NCBI GenBank assembly: GCA_964522745.1
Contig: CAZFWN010000007.1
Coordinates: 707-64,706, forward strand
DNA length: 64,000 nt
From: an uncultured Ktedonobacterales bacterium
GTDB lineage: Bacteria > Chloroflexota > Ktedonobacteria > Ktedonobacterales > DATBGS01
Reading direction: 5' to 3'
Shown: positions 18,787 through 27,729 of the stretch, in pieces
Layout: every line of letters begins with the position of its first letter
Numbering within the stretch: position 1 is the first letter of the stretch
Notes under the pieces: generated by a model
What the model saw: only the letters and a program-made list of their open reading frames with translations
What the model was told of the DNA's origin: nothing
Database searches by the model: none
Program-made: the position numbers and the translations under genes

Positions 18787-18930
18787 GCAGCCTCCCAAAT
18801 GACCATGAGACGGTGGGTGGGCCGGGCGATACCAGTATCGTGTGGTTTGTTGCCCCGCTCCCTACATCAGATTATAGCATGGGGCTGCCAAAGCTGCATG
18901 GGGCGGCTTACAGAGAAGCGCGCGGGCGGT

Positions 18931-20754
18931 TTATGGAGAAAGTGGGTTGGGTGGTGAATCCACTGCTGGTGTGGAGGCGTTTTTCTCGCCGTCTGGTGTT
19001 CCATGCTGGTTGCTATCGCCCGGTGGGGCGACGCGCACCCGCAGTTCCTCCAGGCGCATGGGCTGGGTTGACTCACGCTCCAACAGCATCAATTGTTCTG
19101 CGCCACGCAGCATCTCGCTAATCTCCGGGCGCATGCGCAGGTTATTGGCGGGGATACGTTTCCATTGGTTGAGCGCGGCATTATAGTAATTGGCGCGATA
19201 ACAAAAGTAGCCAAGCGCCGCGCGCGCATCAAAGATGCTGACCCGCTGCCAGAGGAACGCCTGCTCAACCGGGTTTTGTAGGGTCTCTTCTCCTATCTCT
19301 GGAACGGTCTCGACGAGATGATAAGCTGGCTTGCCGAAGAGCAGGAATGGATAGCCATAGAATAACGCGAGCTGGCGTGAGCCAGGCTTTTTCAGTGGGT
19401 GAAGTCCTATGAAATAGCTGCGTGTCCAGCGGCCAGTGCGCCAGACGATGACAGCGATGAGCAAGGCCGCTCCACGTGCTAAATAACGTTCCCAGGTGAA
19501 GGGGGCCAGCGCGGCAGCGACGGCCAGCGTGGCGAAGCCTGCTCCCAGCGTCCAGGCGCCATAGACCAGCCTGCGGCGATCCCACCCCAACAGATCAAAG
19601 TGATGGTGCATCGGCGTTGCCATGAAAGGCAAAGGAAACTCGGTATGAGGCACGATATGTTTGGCGTTGGTATAGCGCACGACTCGCAGGAAGCGCCGGA
19701 GGAAGCGGACAAACACGCGCTGATAGAGGGCGGAGAAGCCTTCGAGGACAAAGGCGGCTCCGATAAAGATCAGCGGTAACTCCTGGCGGGACACGATGGC
19801 TATCAAGCCAATCAATCCCCCCAGGCCGAGCGCGCCACTATCGCCCATTATAATGCGCGCGGCTCGGATTACCCGTCGGCTGGGGCCGCGTGCAGCCCAG
19901 GCAGAAGGCCAGTTATGGGGCAAGAAACCCAGCGCGGCCCCTGATGCGGCCAGCGCTGCCAGCACTAATGGGTTACTGCCTGGGTCGTGCTGGTCGAGGA
20001 TGATGACCGCAAAAGCCAGCGCTGCGCTGACAACTAGCCCGCCTGCCAATCCATCCAGGCCATCGGCAAAATCTACTGAAAGCGCGGTAGCGCTGCTGAC
20101 CGTGCTGGTCAGCAGGAGAAAGAAGATCGGCCAGGCGAAGTGGATATGCTGGATGATTGGGCCAAGTAACGGAACCTCGCTGTAGGGCGAGTAGGCATGT
20201 TTGGCTGAAGGGATCAAGCGATTGAGGGCAGCGCTAACCAGGATAGAAACCAACAGCACGCCAGCGAACTTTTGCAGTTCGGAAATGCCTTTGCCCCGAC
20301 GAAACTTTTGGAAATCATCAACAAAACCAACCAGGGTGAATCCTGCCAGACCAGCCATGAGTATGATGAGCAGCGTCCACTGATCAGTTGAAATGTTGAG
20401 AATGAAACCGGTGAGTAGACAGGCACAAATAGCTGCAATTGCCATTGCCGGGCCACCAACCAGGGGCAGTTCCATTGCAGGTACTTCACGCCCACCGGCA
20501 GGTTGCTCTACTCGGCGCAGCCGAGAGTCGAGATCGAGCCGAAGACTGCCGGTTGATTGGTCTGGTCGAAAGACGCCTTGCTTGTGTTCGCCACTGCGGA
20601 AGCGTGGAAACAACCGTTTCGCCACCAGGCACAGTACCAGGCTGAGTGCGAGCGCAGCTATGAAACCGAGGAGCAACATGATAGTATTAGTGGCAGACGG
20701 AGAAGCAGATAAAGAGAAGGTAAAAGGTAAATTTGAAGAAAGTACGCTTATCAT
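18931..20754 (-). CDS. MraY-like polyprenyl-phosphate phospho-sugar transferase (GT4 family) with a long C-terminal extension
   Basis: About 607 aa. It carries 'VGFVDDFQKF', 'VDFADGLDGLAGG', 'IIMGDSGALGLGG' and the MraY-type 'TPMHHHFDLLGW'. About 190 extra residues follow the last MraY-like helix. Confidence 0.75.
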   Translation of the reverse strand: MISVLSSNLPFTFSLSASPSATNTIMLLLGFIAALALSLVLCLVAKRLFPRFRSGEHKQGVFRPDQSTGSLRLDLDSRLRRVEQPAGGREVPAMELPLVGGPAMAIAAICACLLTGFILNISTDQWTLLIILMAGLAGFTLVGFVDDFQKFRRGKGISELQKFAGVLLVSILVSAALNRLIPSAKHAYSPYSEVPLLGPIIQHIHFAWPIFFLLLTSTVSSATALSVDFADGLDGLAGGLVVSAALAFAVIILDQHDPGSNPLVLAALAASGAALGFLPHNWPSAWAARGPSRRVIRAARIIMGDSGALGLGGLIGLIAIVSRQELPLIFIGAAFVLEGFSALYQRVFVRFLRRFLRVVRYTNAKHIVPHTEFPLPFMATPMHHHFDLLGWDRRRLVYGAWTLGAGFATLAVAAALAPFTWERYLARGAALLIAVIVWRTGRWTRSYFIGLHPLKKPGSRQLALFYGYPFLLFGKPAYHLVETVPEIGEETLQNPVEQAFLWQRVSIFDARAALGYFCYRANYYNAALNQWKRIPANNLRMRPEISEMLRGAEQLMLLERESTQPMRLEELRVRVAPPGDSNQHGTPDGEKNASTPAVDSPPNPLSP

Positions 20755-21199
20755 CACATCGCTACCCCAATAAGCGGTTCTATACGTGTTGTTGACCCAG
20801 TGACGTGTTTTTTCAACGGTTCAAAAGAACGTTTCCAGGTTGTTTCATCGTGTGTTTCTGAAGTGTAGAACGCCGCTACGCTAATGTCGGTAACAGCGTG
20901 AACCTTCTGGAATACGGTCTTTCACGTGCTATATATTACGTATGCTAGCTATATAGGAATCAGCGGAAGTCCGGCTCTATTGTATCATGGGTTCCTTCGG
21001 ATTGCATCATTGGCTGAGGTGCCCTGCAAAGCGGGCAGACTCGGCTGCAAATTTGATACCGATCTCAAGCAGCGAAGCTGGTCCTTCCTCGCTATGGCTG
21101 GTCGAGAGCTTGAACGAGGTGTCGGTGCATGGTACACTGCATGCGAAAATTTGCCCTGCTTTGCAAGCCTTTGTCTACCCTATCTAGGAGTATTTGCGG

Positions 21200-22786
21200 A
21201 TGCAGATTACGTTTTTAGGCCAGGCCGGATTATTTATAGAGACACACGGCAAAAGTATCTTATGCGACCCCTGGTTTAATCCAGCGTACTTCGCTTCCTG
21301 GTTTCCCTTCCCAAGCAATGAGAAAATTGACCCACAGCGTATTGGTCATCCGACCTATCTTTATGTTTCCCATCTTCATCACGATCATTACGATCCTGCA
21401 TTTCTGGCGAAGCATGTCTCGAAAGATGCGACGGTTATTCTTCCAGCGTACCCGCTCGATCATCTGGAGCGCGAACTGCGCGCATTGGGATTCACTTCGT
21501 TTCTGCGCACGGAGCATAATGTGCCCGTCAGCGTCGATGGCTTGAAACTGATGGTGACGGCGCTGGTCGCGCCAACCGATGGCCCAATCGGGGACTCGGC
21601 GCTCTGTATCGATGATGGAGAGGTGCGCGTCCTCAATCAGAATGATTCGAGGCCCATTGATCTGGAACCGCTGCTTGCGCAGGGGCCGTTTGACGCGCTT
21701 TTCCTGCAATTTTCCGGCGCAATCTGGTATCCGATGGTCTACGATTTTGCTCCTAAAATGAAGGCCGCGCTTGGCCGCAAAAAGCGGACCGATGGCCTGG
21801 CGCGCGCCTATCGCTATATTGAGATGATCAATCCGCGTGTGGTGGTGCCCTCTGCCGGGCCGCCCTGCTTCCTGGATGACGATCTTTTCAGCTTTAATGA
21901 TATTGACCGCGATCCCGCCAATACCTTTCCTGACCAGACGGTCTTTCTGGAGTATATTGCTGAGCGCAATACATTTGATGGCCGTCTGATGATCCCCGGC
22001 AGTGTGGGCGAACTCACGCCAGAGCATTTCACGGTCAGCCATCCGGTCTCTGATGATGAGGTGCAGGCGATCTTTACTGAGAAGCTGAAGTATCTGAAAG
22101 CCTATCAGAAGCGCCAATGGCCGGTGATTCAGCAGGAGCGTGCCAGGTGGCCGCGCGGTCAGGTGGATGTCCTGGGCGAGTTGCAGCAGTGGTTTGAGCC
22201 GCTGCTGGCGCAGGCTGATTATATCTGCGCTGGGGTAAACGACGCGGTGCTGCTGGATGTTGGTGATCTCGGGGTACTCATTGATTTTCGGACGCGCAAA
22301 GTAACGAAATGGCAGGGCGAAGAGTGGACCTATCGGTTTCGTATTGAGCGTGGGCTGATAGAGGATTGTATTGTCCATCACCATGAGGATTGGGTCAATG
22401 AGCTTTTCCTGTCTTGCCGCTTTGAGGCCAGCCGCACAGGCAGGTATAACGATTACATCTACACTTTCTTTAAGTGTCTTAACGAAGAGCGTCTTCAGTA
22501 TGCTGAAGGCTTTTATGCCGAGCATGGTCCAACCCAGGGAACATGGGAAGCGTGTGGCTATCGTATCCAGAAGCGCTGTCCTCATATGAAGGCTGACCTG
22601 ACCCGCTTTGCCGTCATCGAGGATGGGGTATTGACCTGCCGGCTACATAACTGGCAATTCGAGTTGGAAACAGGACGATGTCTCACTGCTGATGGGCATA
22701 CGCTGTATGCCAGGCCAATTGAGCAGGAGGAAACCCCTGCTGAGCATATGAGAGCGCCTATCCAGCAAGAGGCTAAAAGAGAGTAG
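21200..22786 (+). CDS. MBL-fold domain protein with a C-terminal Rieske [2Fe-2S] domain
   Basis: 'ITFLGQAGLFIE...YLYVSHLHHDHYD' is MBL-like. The C-terminal 'CPHMKADL...CRLHNWQF' (22577-22648) is a Rieske CxH...CxxH. The ATG at 21200 follows TAGGAG. Confidence 0.75.
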   Translation: MQITFLGQAGLFIETHGKSILCDPWFNPAYFASWFPFPSNEKIDPQRIGHPTYLYVSHLHHDHYDPAFLAKHVSKDATVILPAYPLDHLERELRALGFTSFLRTEHNVPVSVDGLKLMVTALVAPTDGPIGDSALCIDDGEVRVLNQNDSRPIDLEPLLAQGPFDALFLQFSGAIWYPMVYDFAPKMKAALGRKKRTDGLARAYRYIEMINPRVVVPSAGPPCFLDDDLFSFNDIDRDPANTFPDQTVFLEYIAERNTFDGRLMIPGSVGELTPEHFTVSHPVSDDEVQAIFTEKLKYLKAYQKRQWPVIQQERARWPRGQVDVLGELQQWFEPLLAQADYICAGVNDAVLLDVGDLGVLIDFRTRKVTKWQGEEWTYRFRIERGLIEDCIVHHHEDWVNELFLSCRFEASRTGRYNDYIYTFFKCLNEERLQYAEGFYAEHGPTQGTWEACGYRIQKRCPHMKADLTRFAVIEDGVLTCRLHNWQFELETGRCLTADGHTLYARPIEQEETPAEHMRAPIQQEAKRE

Positions 22787-22885
22787 AGTCTATTCTCCGT
22801 AATGCTTTTGCTGTGTTCGCAAAAGCTTCATAGAAGGAGCAGTGCGCGCAAGAGCGTTGTACCAGGGGAAGAAAGGCCGCTGCTG

Positions 22886-24523
22886 ATGTCAGGGAAATGG
22901 AATCCTACCTGCCAAATGTGTGGCTTCGTTTTGCCAGCGCAGGCTCAACGCTGCCCAGCCTGTGGCGCCCTGGTGTCTGAACGCAAGGCTCCTGGCGGAA
23001 CGTCAGATGCCTGGGATGCTGGATCTTTCTCCCCGAAAATCCCTGGCGGCGCTGCCAACGTGTTTGCTTCTCAGCATGAACCATTCTCTGAGCGATCTTT
23101 GGATGTGGTTCTTTCGCTCGCGCCGGAGACCTCTGAGGAGGAGATGCTCCTCTCTGCCGGAGAAGATGTGGTGAGGCTACCAGCAGGCGCCACTCCAGCA
23201 GCCACCCAGGTATTTCTGGATGCGCCTGATGCAGCGTTGATGGAAGGCGCTTCAGACAAGCCGGCTGAATCAGCGCCAAATGCTGTTTTGCTTCCGATTC
23301 AGGCTGCTGATGAAACAGGGGAGCCACTTTTTGCCAGCGCGCAGCATGATACCTTCGCTGGCGGGGATACGGTCCGGCAGAAACCAGGCAGCGTAGCACG
23401 CTGGGCCTCGCCACGCCTTGTCTGGGGGATTGCGCTGGCGCTGCTCGTTCTCTGCGGACTGGTGGTCCTGTTTGCCAGGTCTTCATCGTCAGAGGGAGTC
23501 ATTGAGCCAGATTGGGGGCTGGCGAGTGCGCGCATAGGTCTCGTAGCTGTCGTGTTCAGTGGGCCTGCTGTTGTGGTCTGTGCCCTGCTCTGGCGTGCCC
23601 AAGCGCGCACAACTTTGAGACGTGCCGGCACGCTTGCTCTGGTGGTGATCCTGCTGAGCGTTGTGGGCCTGTTGAGCGCTGGTGCGCTGCATCGCTTGCA
23701 GGGCCAGTTGTTTGAGGTGCGTGGTCAGTATGGGTTGGCATTGGAAGCATATCAACTCAGTGGCGATAGTTTGGCAACAGATCAGAACATGGTGCGTATC
23801 GAGATAGAATGGGCCGAGCAACTCGGCACTGAGCATCAGTATGGCGAGGCAGTGGCAGCGCTTCAGCCAGTCCTCCAGCTTTCTTCTCTCGATGCTTCAC
23901 TGAGGGCCCGCGCCAGCAAGGATCTGATCCAGAATTATCTGGCCTGGGGCGATCAGGCGCGTCAGCAGCAGGCGTTTCGTACAGCACTTGCGCGCTATCA
24001 GGCACTTGGTCAGGCAGCCTATTGTGACTTGCCCTGCCAGAGCCAGGTACATGCAGCAACTGCTCAGGCATTATTGGGGCTGGCCCAGCAACTGACGGCG
24101 GGCAAACAATACGATCAAGCGATTGCTACCTATCAGACGCTTGTGGCGCAGTATAGCGATACCCCGGAGAGTCAGGAGGCGCAGACGGCGCTGATGGCTC
24201 CTCAGACCCTTGTTGGTCGTCTCATCTATCATGATATGACGCCGGCAGCAAACTTCCTGGTCTTGCTAGCGAGCCAATGGGTGTTTGATAGCACTGCTCA
24301 GATCTTCAAATTAAGGGGTCAACAATATCAGACCCGTACCGATGCAACCGGCGCCTTTGTTCTTTCGTCTGTAGCTGTTGGAACCACATATATGATTGCA
24401 TGGGTTGATGCGAACGGGAATGGTGGGACGTGTAGTACCGTGAACAATCAGCCGTTGTATACCGTACATGCGCAGCCGCTGAGGGCGACTGATGCGGGTG
24501 CTATCAATATTGAGTGTGCCTGA
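22886..24523 (+). CDS. Zinc-ribbon / transmembrane / TPR-like / beta-sandwich protein, function unknown
   Basis: 'CQMCGFVLPAQAQRCPACG' is an N-terminal zinc ribbon. Three or four TM helices follow, then helical repeats and a C-terminal 'TDATGAFVLSSVAVGTTYMIAW' (carboxypeptidase-regulatory-like). I chose the ATG at 22886; the ORF track start is 22802. Confidence 0.5.
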   Translation: MSGKWNPTCQMCGFVLPAQAQRCPACGALVSERKAPGGTSDAWDAGSFSPKIPGGAANVFASQHEPFSERSLDVVLSLAPETSEEEMLLSAGEDVVRLPAGATPAATQVFLDAPDAALMEGASDKPAESAPNAVLLPIQAADETGEPLFASAQHDTFAGGDTVRQKPGSVARWASPRLVWGIALALLVLCGLVVLFARSSSSEGVIEPDWGLASARIGLVAVVFSGPAVVVCALLWRAQARTTLRRAGTLALVVILLSVVGLLSAGALHRLQGQLFEVRGQYGLALEAYQLSGDSLATDQNMVRIEIEWAEQLGTEHQYGEAVAALQPVLQLSSLDASLRARASKDLIQNYLAWGDQARQQQAFRTALARYQALGQAAYCDLPCQSQVHAATAQALLGLAQQLTAGKQYDQAIATYQTLVAQYSDTPESQEAQTALMAPQTLVGRLIYHDMTPAANFLVLLASQWVFDSTAQIFKLRGQQYQTRTDATGAFVLSSVAVGTTYMIAWVDANGNGGTCSTVNNQPLYTVHAQPLRATDAGAINIECA

Positions 24524-24639
24524 AGACTTGCTGCTTGCCGTGTGGGCCGGTGCTGGTGCGTTAGAATGACGTACTTTATTGTGTAGGGCTGCAACTGCTG
24601 TCTGCCCAATCGTGGGGCGAGAGAGGATGGTACTATCTT

Positions 24640-25332
24640 ATGGAAACGACTGCTCAGGATATTCCGAACCTTGCACGTGTGCCCTTGTTTGCTGATTTGG
24701 ATGAGGAGAGTTTGAAGGAACTCTCCGCAGTCGCACGCAAGCGTGTTTTTCGTCAAGGCGAAGTCATCTTCCACCGAGATGATCCAGGCCAGGTGCTTTA
24801 TATTGTCAAGGAGGGCAAGGTCAAGATTGGTCTCACGAGTCCAGATGGTCAGGAAGTGTCCCTTACTGTGTTTGGCGCAGGCGAATGTTTTGGCGAACTC
24901 TCAATTCTCGATGGCGAACCGCGCTCGGCAGATGCGATTGCTCTGGAGCGGGCAGAACTCTACGCACTCCAGCGCCAAGATTTTGTGAATGTGGTGATGA
25001 ATCATCCTAAGATTGCGGTTCAGGTGATGAAGGTCATCTCGCAACGGCTGCGCCAGGCGGATCAACAAATTGAAGACCTGCTTTTCCTGGATGTCTATGG
25101 GCGCGTGGCAAAAAAACTGCTAGAACTATCGGAGACACATGGAGTGCCGACCAGCCAGGGCGTGCGGATTGAGTTACGGCTGACGCAGCAGGAACTGGCT
25201 TCAATGGTGGGCGCTTCCCGTGAGAGCGTCAATAAGGTCATGGGGTACTTTACCGACAAGCGCTATATCATGACCGATAAGCATAAGATTACGCTCATGA
25301 AGTTGGCTGATCTACGAAAGCGGGTGTATTGA
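24640..25332 (+). CDS. Crp/Fnr-family transcriptional regulator
   Basis: 230 aa. The cNMP-binding fold shows in 'FGELSILDGEPRSADAIA', and the C-terminal HTH in 'LTQQELASMVGASRESVNKVM'. Confidence 0.9.
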   Translation: METTAQDIPNLARVPLFADLDEESLKELSAVARKRVFRQGEVIFHRDDPGQVLYIVKEGKVKIGLTSPDGQEVSLTVFGAGECFGELSILDGEPRSADAIALERAELYALQRQDFVNVVMNHPKIAVQVMKVISQRLRQADQQIEDLLFLDVYGRVAKKLLELSETHGVPTSQGVRIELRLTQQELASMVGASRESVNKVMGYFTDKRYIMTDKHKITLMKLADLRKRVY

Positions 25333-25456
25333 TGCAAGGCGGTGACCGTTCTCGCCCGATAACCGTTCTCCAAACAAGAGAAGGTACAATGCCTAGCCTA
25401 CCTGGAAGGGTGCATGAAGCGAACCTGATAGGGAGCGTAAGTCGGGGCGTAGCACG

Positions 25457-26539
25457 GTGAAGAGTGTCGCTGAAAATCAAGGAACCCTCCAAAATACTGG
25501 ACGTGGGCCGGAAGTCTCGCTTCCTGCCCCGCGCTTTCTCCAACTCTGGTATCTGCTGAAGGCTATGCGCCCGCGTCAGTGGACGAAAAATCTGTTAGTC
25601 TTTGCCGGGCTGGTCTTTGCGCAGCGGATACTTGATCTGGGGGCTGTGGAGCGTGCGATTGGCGCTTTTGGAGTGTTTTGCTTGCTATCAGGTCTTGTCT
25701 ATCTCGTCAATGACCTGAGCGATCTGGAGTCAGATCGACAACATCCAGTAAAATGCCGTCGCCCGCTCGCATCGGGAAAGCTGGCAGTGCCAGTTGCGAT
25801 TGGTGGCGTAGTAGCGCTTGCCATTCTGGCAACGCTGCTCACGATACTCCTGGTGGTCTGGCCGGGGCCGGCTGGTTCGGCGCAAAGCTTGCAGGTGACG
25901 CTGGAGCCGTTTGGGATGCGTGTGGTTCCGAGCCAGTTGCTCTCAGGTGAGAGTCAATATGGCATCCTTGGCAATCTAGGGGGCGCACAGTATTTGTTTG
26001 CAGTGGTAGCGGCTTGCTATGTGCTGCTCAACCTGGCTTATACGTTTCGGCTGAAGCATGTCGTTATTATTGATGTGTTCTGTCTTGCTGGGGGCTTTGT
26101 CCTGCGAGCGATAGCTGGGGCAGTAGTCATTCCCGTACCGATCTCTCCCTGGCTGTATCTCTGCACAATTTTGCTCTCGCTGTTTCTGGCCTTAGGCAAG
26201 CGCCGACAGGAATTGATGATGTTGGGGGCTGACGCAAGCTCGCACCGGCGTATCTTAGAAGAGTACAGCCCGCAGTTGTTGGATCAGATGATGACGATTG
26301 TTACGTCGGCAACGGTGATGGCCTATAGTCTCTATACGTTTCAGAGTACGACGGGCAATCACCGGCTGATGATTACCATCCCGTTTGTCCTTTATGGCAT
26401 TTTTCGTTATCTCTATCTGATCTACATGAAGATGGAAGGTGGAAGCCCTGAAGAGGTGCTGCTGAAAGATAAACATATTCTTGGCGCTGTTCTGCTGTGT
26501 GTACTCAGCATGCTGGCGCTGCTCTATCTTTCTTTTTAA
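25457..26539 (+). CDS. UbiA-family decaprenyl-phosphate phosphoribosyltransferase-like enzyme
   Basis: GTG start. 'RPRQWTKNLLVFAG', 'YLVNDLSDLESDRQHPVKCRRPLASG', 'LKHVVIIDV...LRAIAGA' and 'GKRRQEL' align by eye with M. tuberculosis Rv3806c (from memory). Confidence 0.8.
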   Translation: MKSVAENQGTLQNTGRGPEVSLPAPRFLQLWYLLKAMRPRQWTKNLLVFAGLVFAQRILDLGAVERAIGAFGVFCLLSGLVYLVNDLSDLESDRQHPVKCRRPLASGKLAVPVAIGGVVALAILATLLTILLVVWPGPAGSAQSLQVTLEPFGMRVVPSQLLSGESQYGILGNLGGAQYLFAVVAACYVLLNLAYTFRLKHVVIIDVFCLAGGFVLRAIAGAVVIPVPISPWLYLCTILLSLFLALGKRRQELMMLGADASSHRRILEEYSPQLLDQMMTIVTSATVMAYSLYTFQSTTGNHRLMITIPFVLYGIFRYLYLIYMKMEGGSPEEVLLKDKHILGAVLLCVLSMLALLYLSF

Positions 26540-26615
26540 GCGCAAACAGCCACGCGCAAAGAACGACACGAAGCATGGGTAGACAGGAAACATTGCTGAT
26601 AAAGATAACGAGAGA

Positions 26616-27647
26616 TTGGTGGTGGTGATGGCTCACCTGCGGACGAAAGTGGTCATCTCGCTGGTTTTTGGCGTGGTAGTGATTGCCGCTATTTCCTTCT
26701 ATGCAGACTTTCCACGTCTCTGGCAAGCGCTGCACCTGTTTCCCTGGTTGCTGCTGCCGGCGATTTTAGGGTTGACGCTGCTAAATTATGGCCTGCGTTT
26801 TGTCAAATGGCACTATTACCTGCGCCTTCTCCATTTAGGGGTGCCGCGCTGGGTCAGCCTGAAGATTTTTATCGCTGGACTCTCAATGGCGATTACCCCA
26901 GGAAAGGTGGGCGAACTGCTCAAAGCCTATCTCATCAAGCGCTACAACGGGACGCCGATGAGCCGCACCGCTCCGGTCATTATGGCTGAGCGGTTGACTG
27001 ATGGCCTGGCAATGATTTTCCTGGCTGCTGGTGGGCTGGCGCTGTATGGGATCGGCTGGCAGGGGTTGCTGGTGATTCTGCTAGCAGCAGTGGCGCTGAT
27101 CAGTGTGATTCAGTACCGTCCGCTTGCGCTCAGACTTTTGTGCTGGGGAGAGCGCCTTCCGGTGGTGCGCCGGTTTGCTCAAGAGATACGTACTTTTTAT
27201 GAGAGCGCCTATGTGCTGCTCCGCTGGCGGCCTCTGTCGCTGGCGGTGGTGATTGGTTTGGTCTCCTGGTCGGGAGAATGTGTCGCTTTTTATCTGGTGC
27301 TGGTTGGCTTGGGAATGCCTGCGACGCTGACGTTGCTGATCCAGGCAGCGTTTATTTTGGCGACCTCGACGCTGGTAGGTTCGGTGACCGGACTTCCTGG
27401 TGGGCTAGGGAGCGCTGATTTGAGTATTTTGGGCCTGATGTATGCGCTTGTAACGCACAATACGACCATTGCTGGCGCCTCAACGCTGCTTATTCGCTTC
27501 TGCACCCTCTGGTTTGGGGTGAGTATTGGCGTGGGAGGTCTATTGCTCTTCCGGCGCTCGCTGCGTTCTTTAGGTGGGCAACCTACGCAGCCAGACCCAG
27601 GAAATCAGCAGGCTGCCGAATCAGGCGCACTTGCAACGGTAGATTGA
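26616..27647 (+). CDS. Flippase-like membrane protein (lysyl-PG synthase TM-region / UPF0104 family)
   Basis: 343 aa with about 8 TM helices. 'PGKVGELLKAYLIKR...RTAPVIMAERLTDG' is the family signature as I remember it. An alternative ATG lies at 26628. Confidence 0.65.
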   Translation: MVVVMAHLRTKVVISLVFGVVVIAAISFYADFPRLWQALHLFPWLLLPAILGLTLLNYGLRFVKWHYYLRLLHLGVPRWVSLKIFIAGLSMAITPGKVGELLKAYLIKRYNGTPMSRTAPVIMAERLTDGLAMIFLAAGGLALYGIGWQGLLVILLAAVALISVIQYRPLALRLLCWGERLPVVRRFAQEIRTFYESAYVLLRWRPLSLAVVIGLVSWSGECVAFYLVLVGLGMPATLTLLIQAAFILATSTLVGSVTGLPGGLGSADLSILGLMYALVTHNTTIAGASTLLIRFCTLWFGVSIGVGGLLLFRRSLRSLGGQPTQPDPGNQQAAESGALATVD

Positions 27648-27729
27648 ATCAGGGTTCGCCTCCTGCTTGAAACGTGCTAACACCCGCGGGAGGCTTGCTA
27701 GAGGTGTTGTTACGAATGGAGTGTTTTAG

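Noticed and set aside
21260-22585. 441-aa minus-strand ORF antisense to the MBL-Rieske gene
   Set aside because: The plus-strand frame carries clear MBL and Rieske motifs and a good RBS. The antisense product is Arg/Ile/Leu-rich and motif-free.
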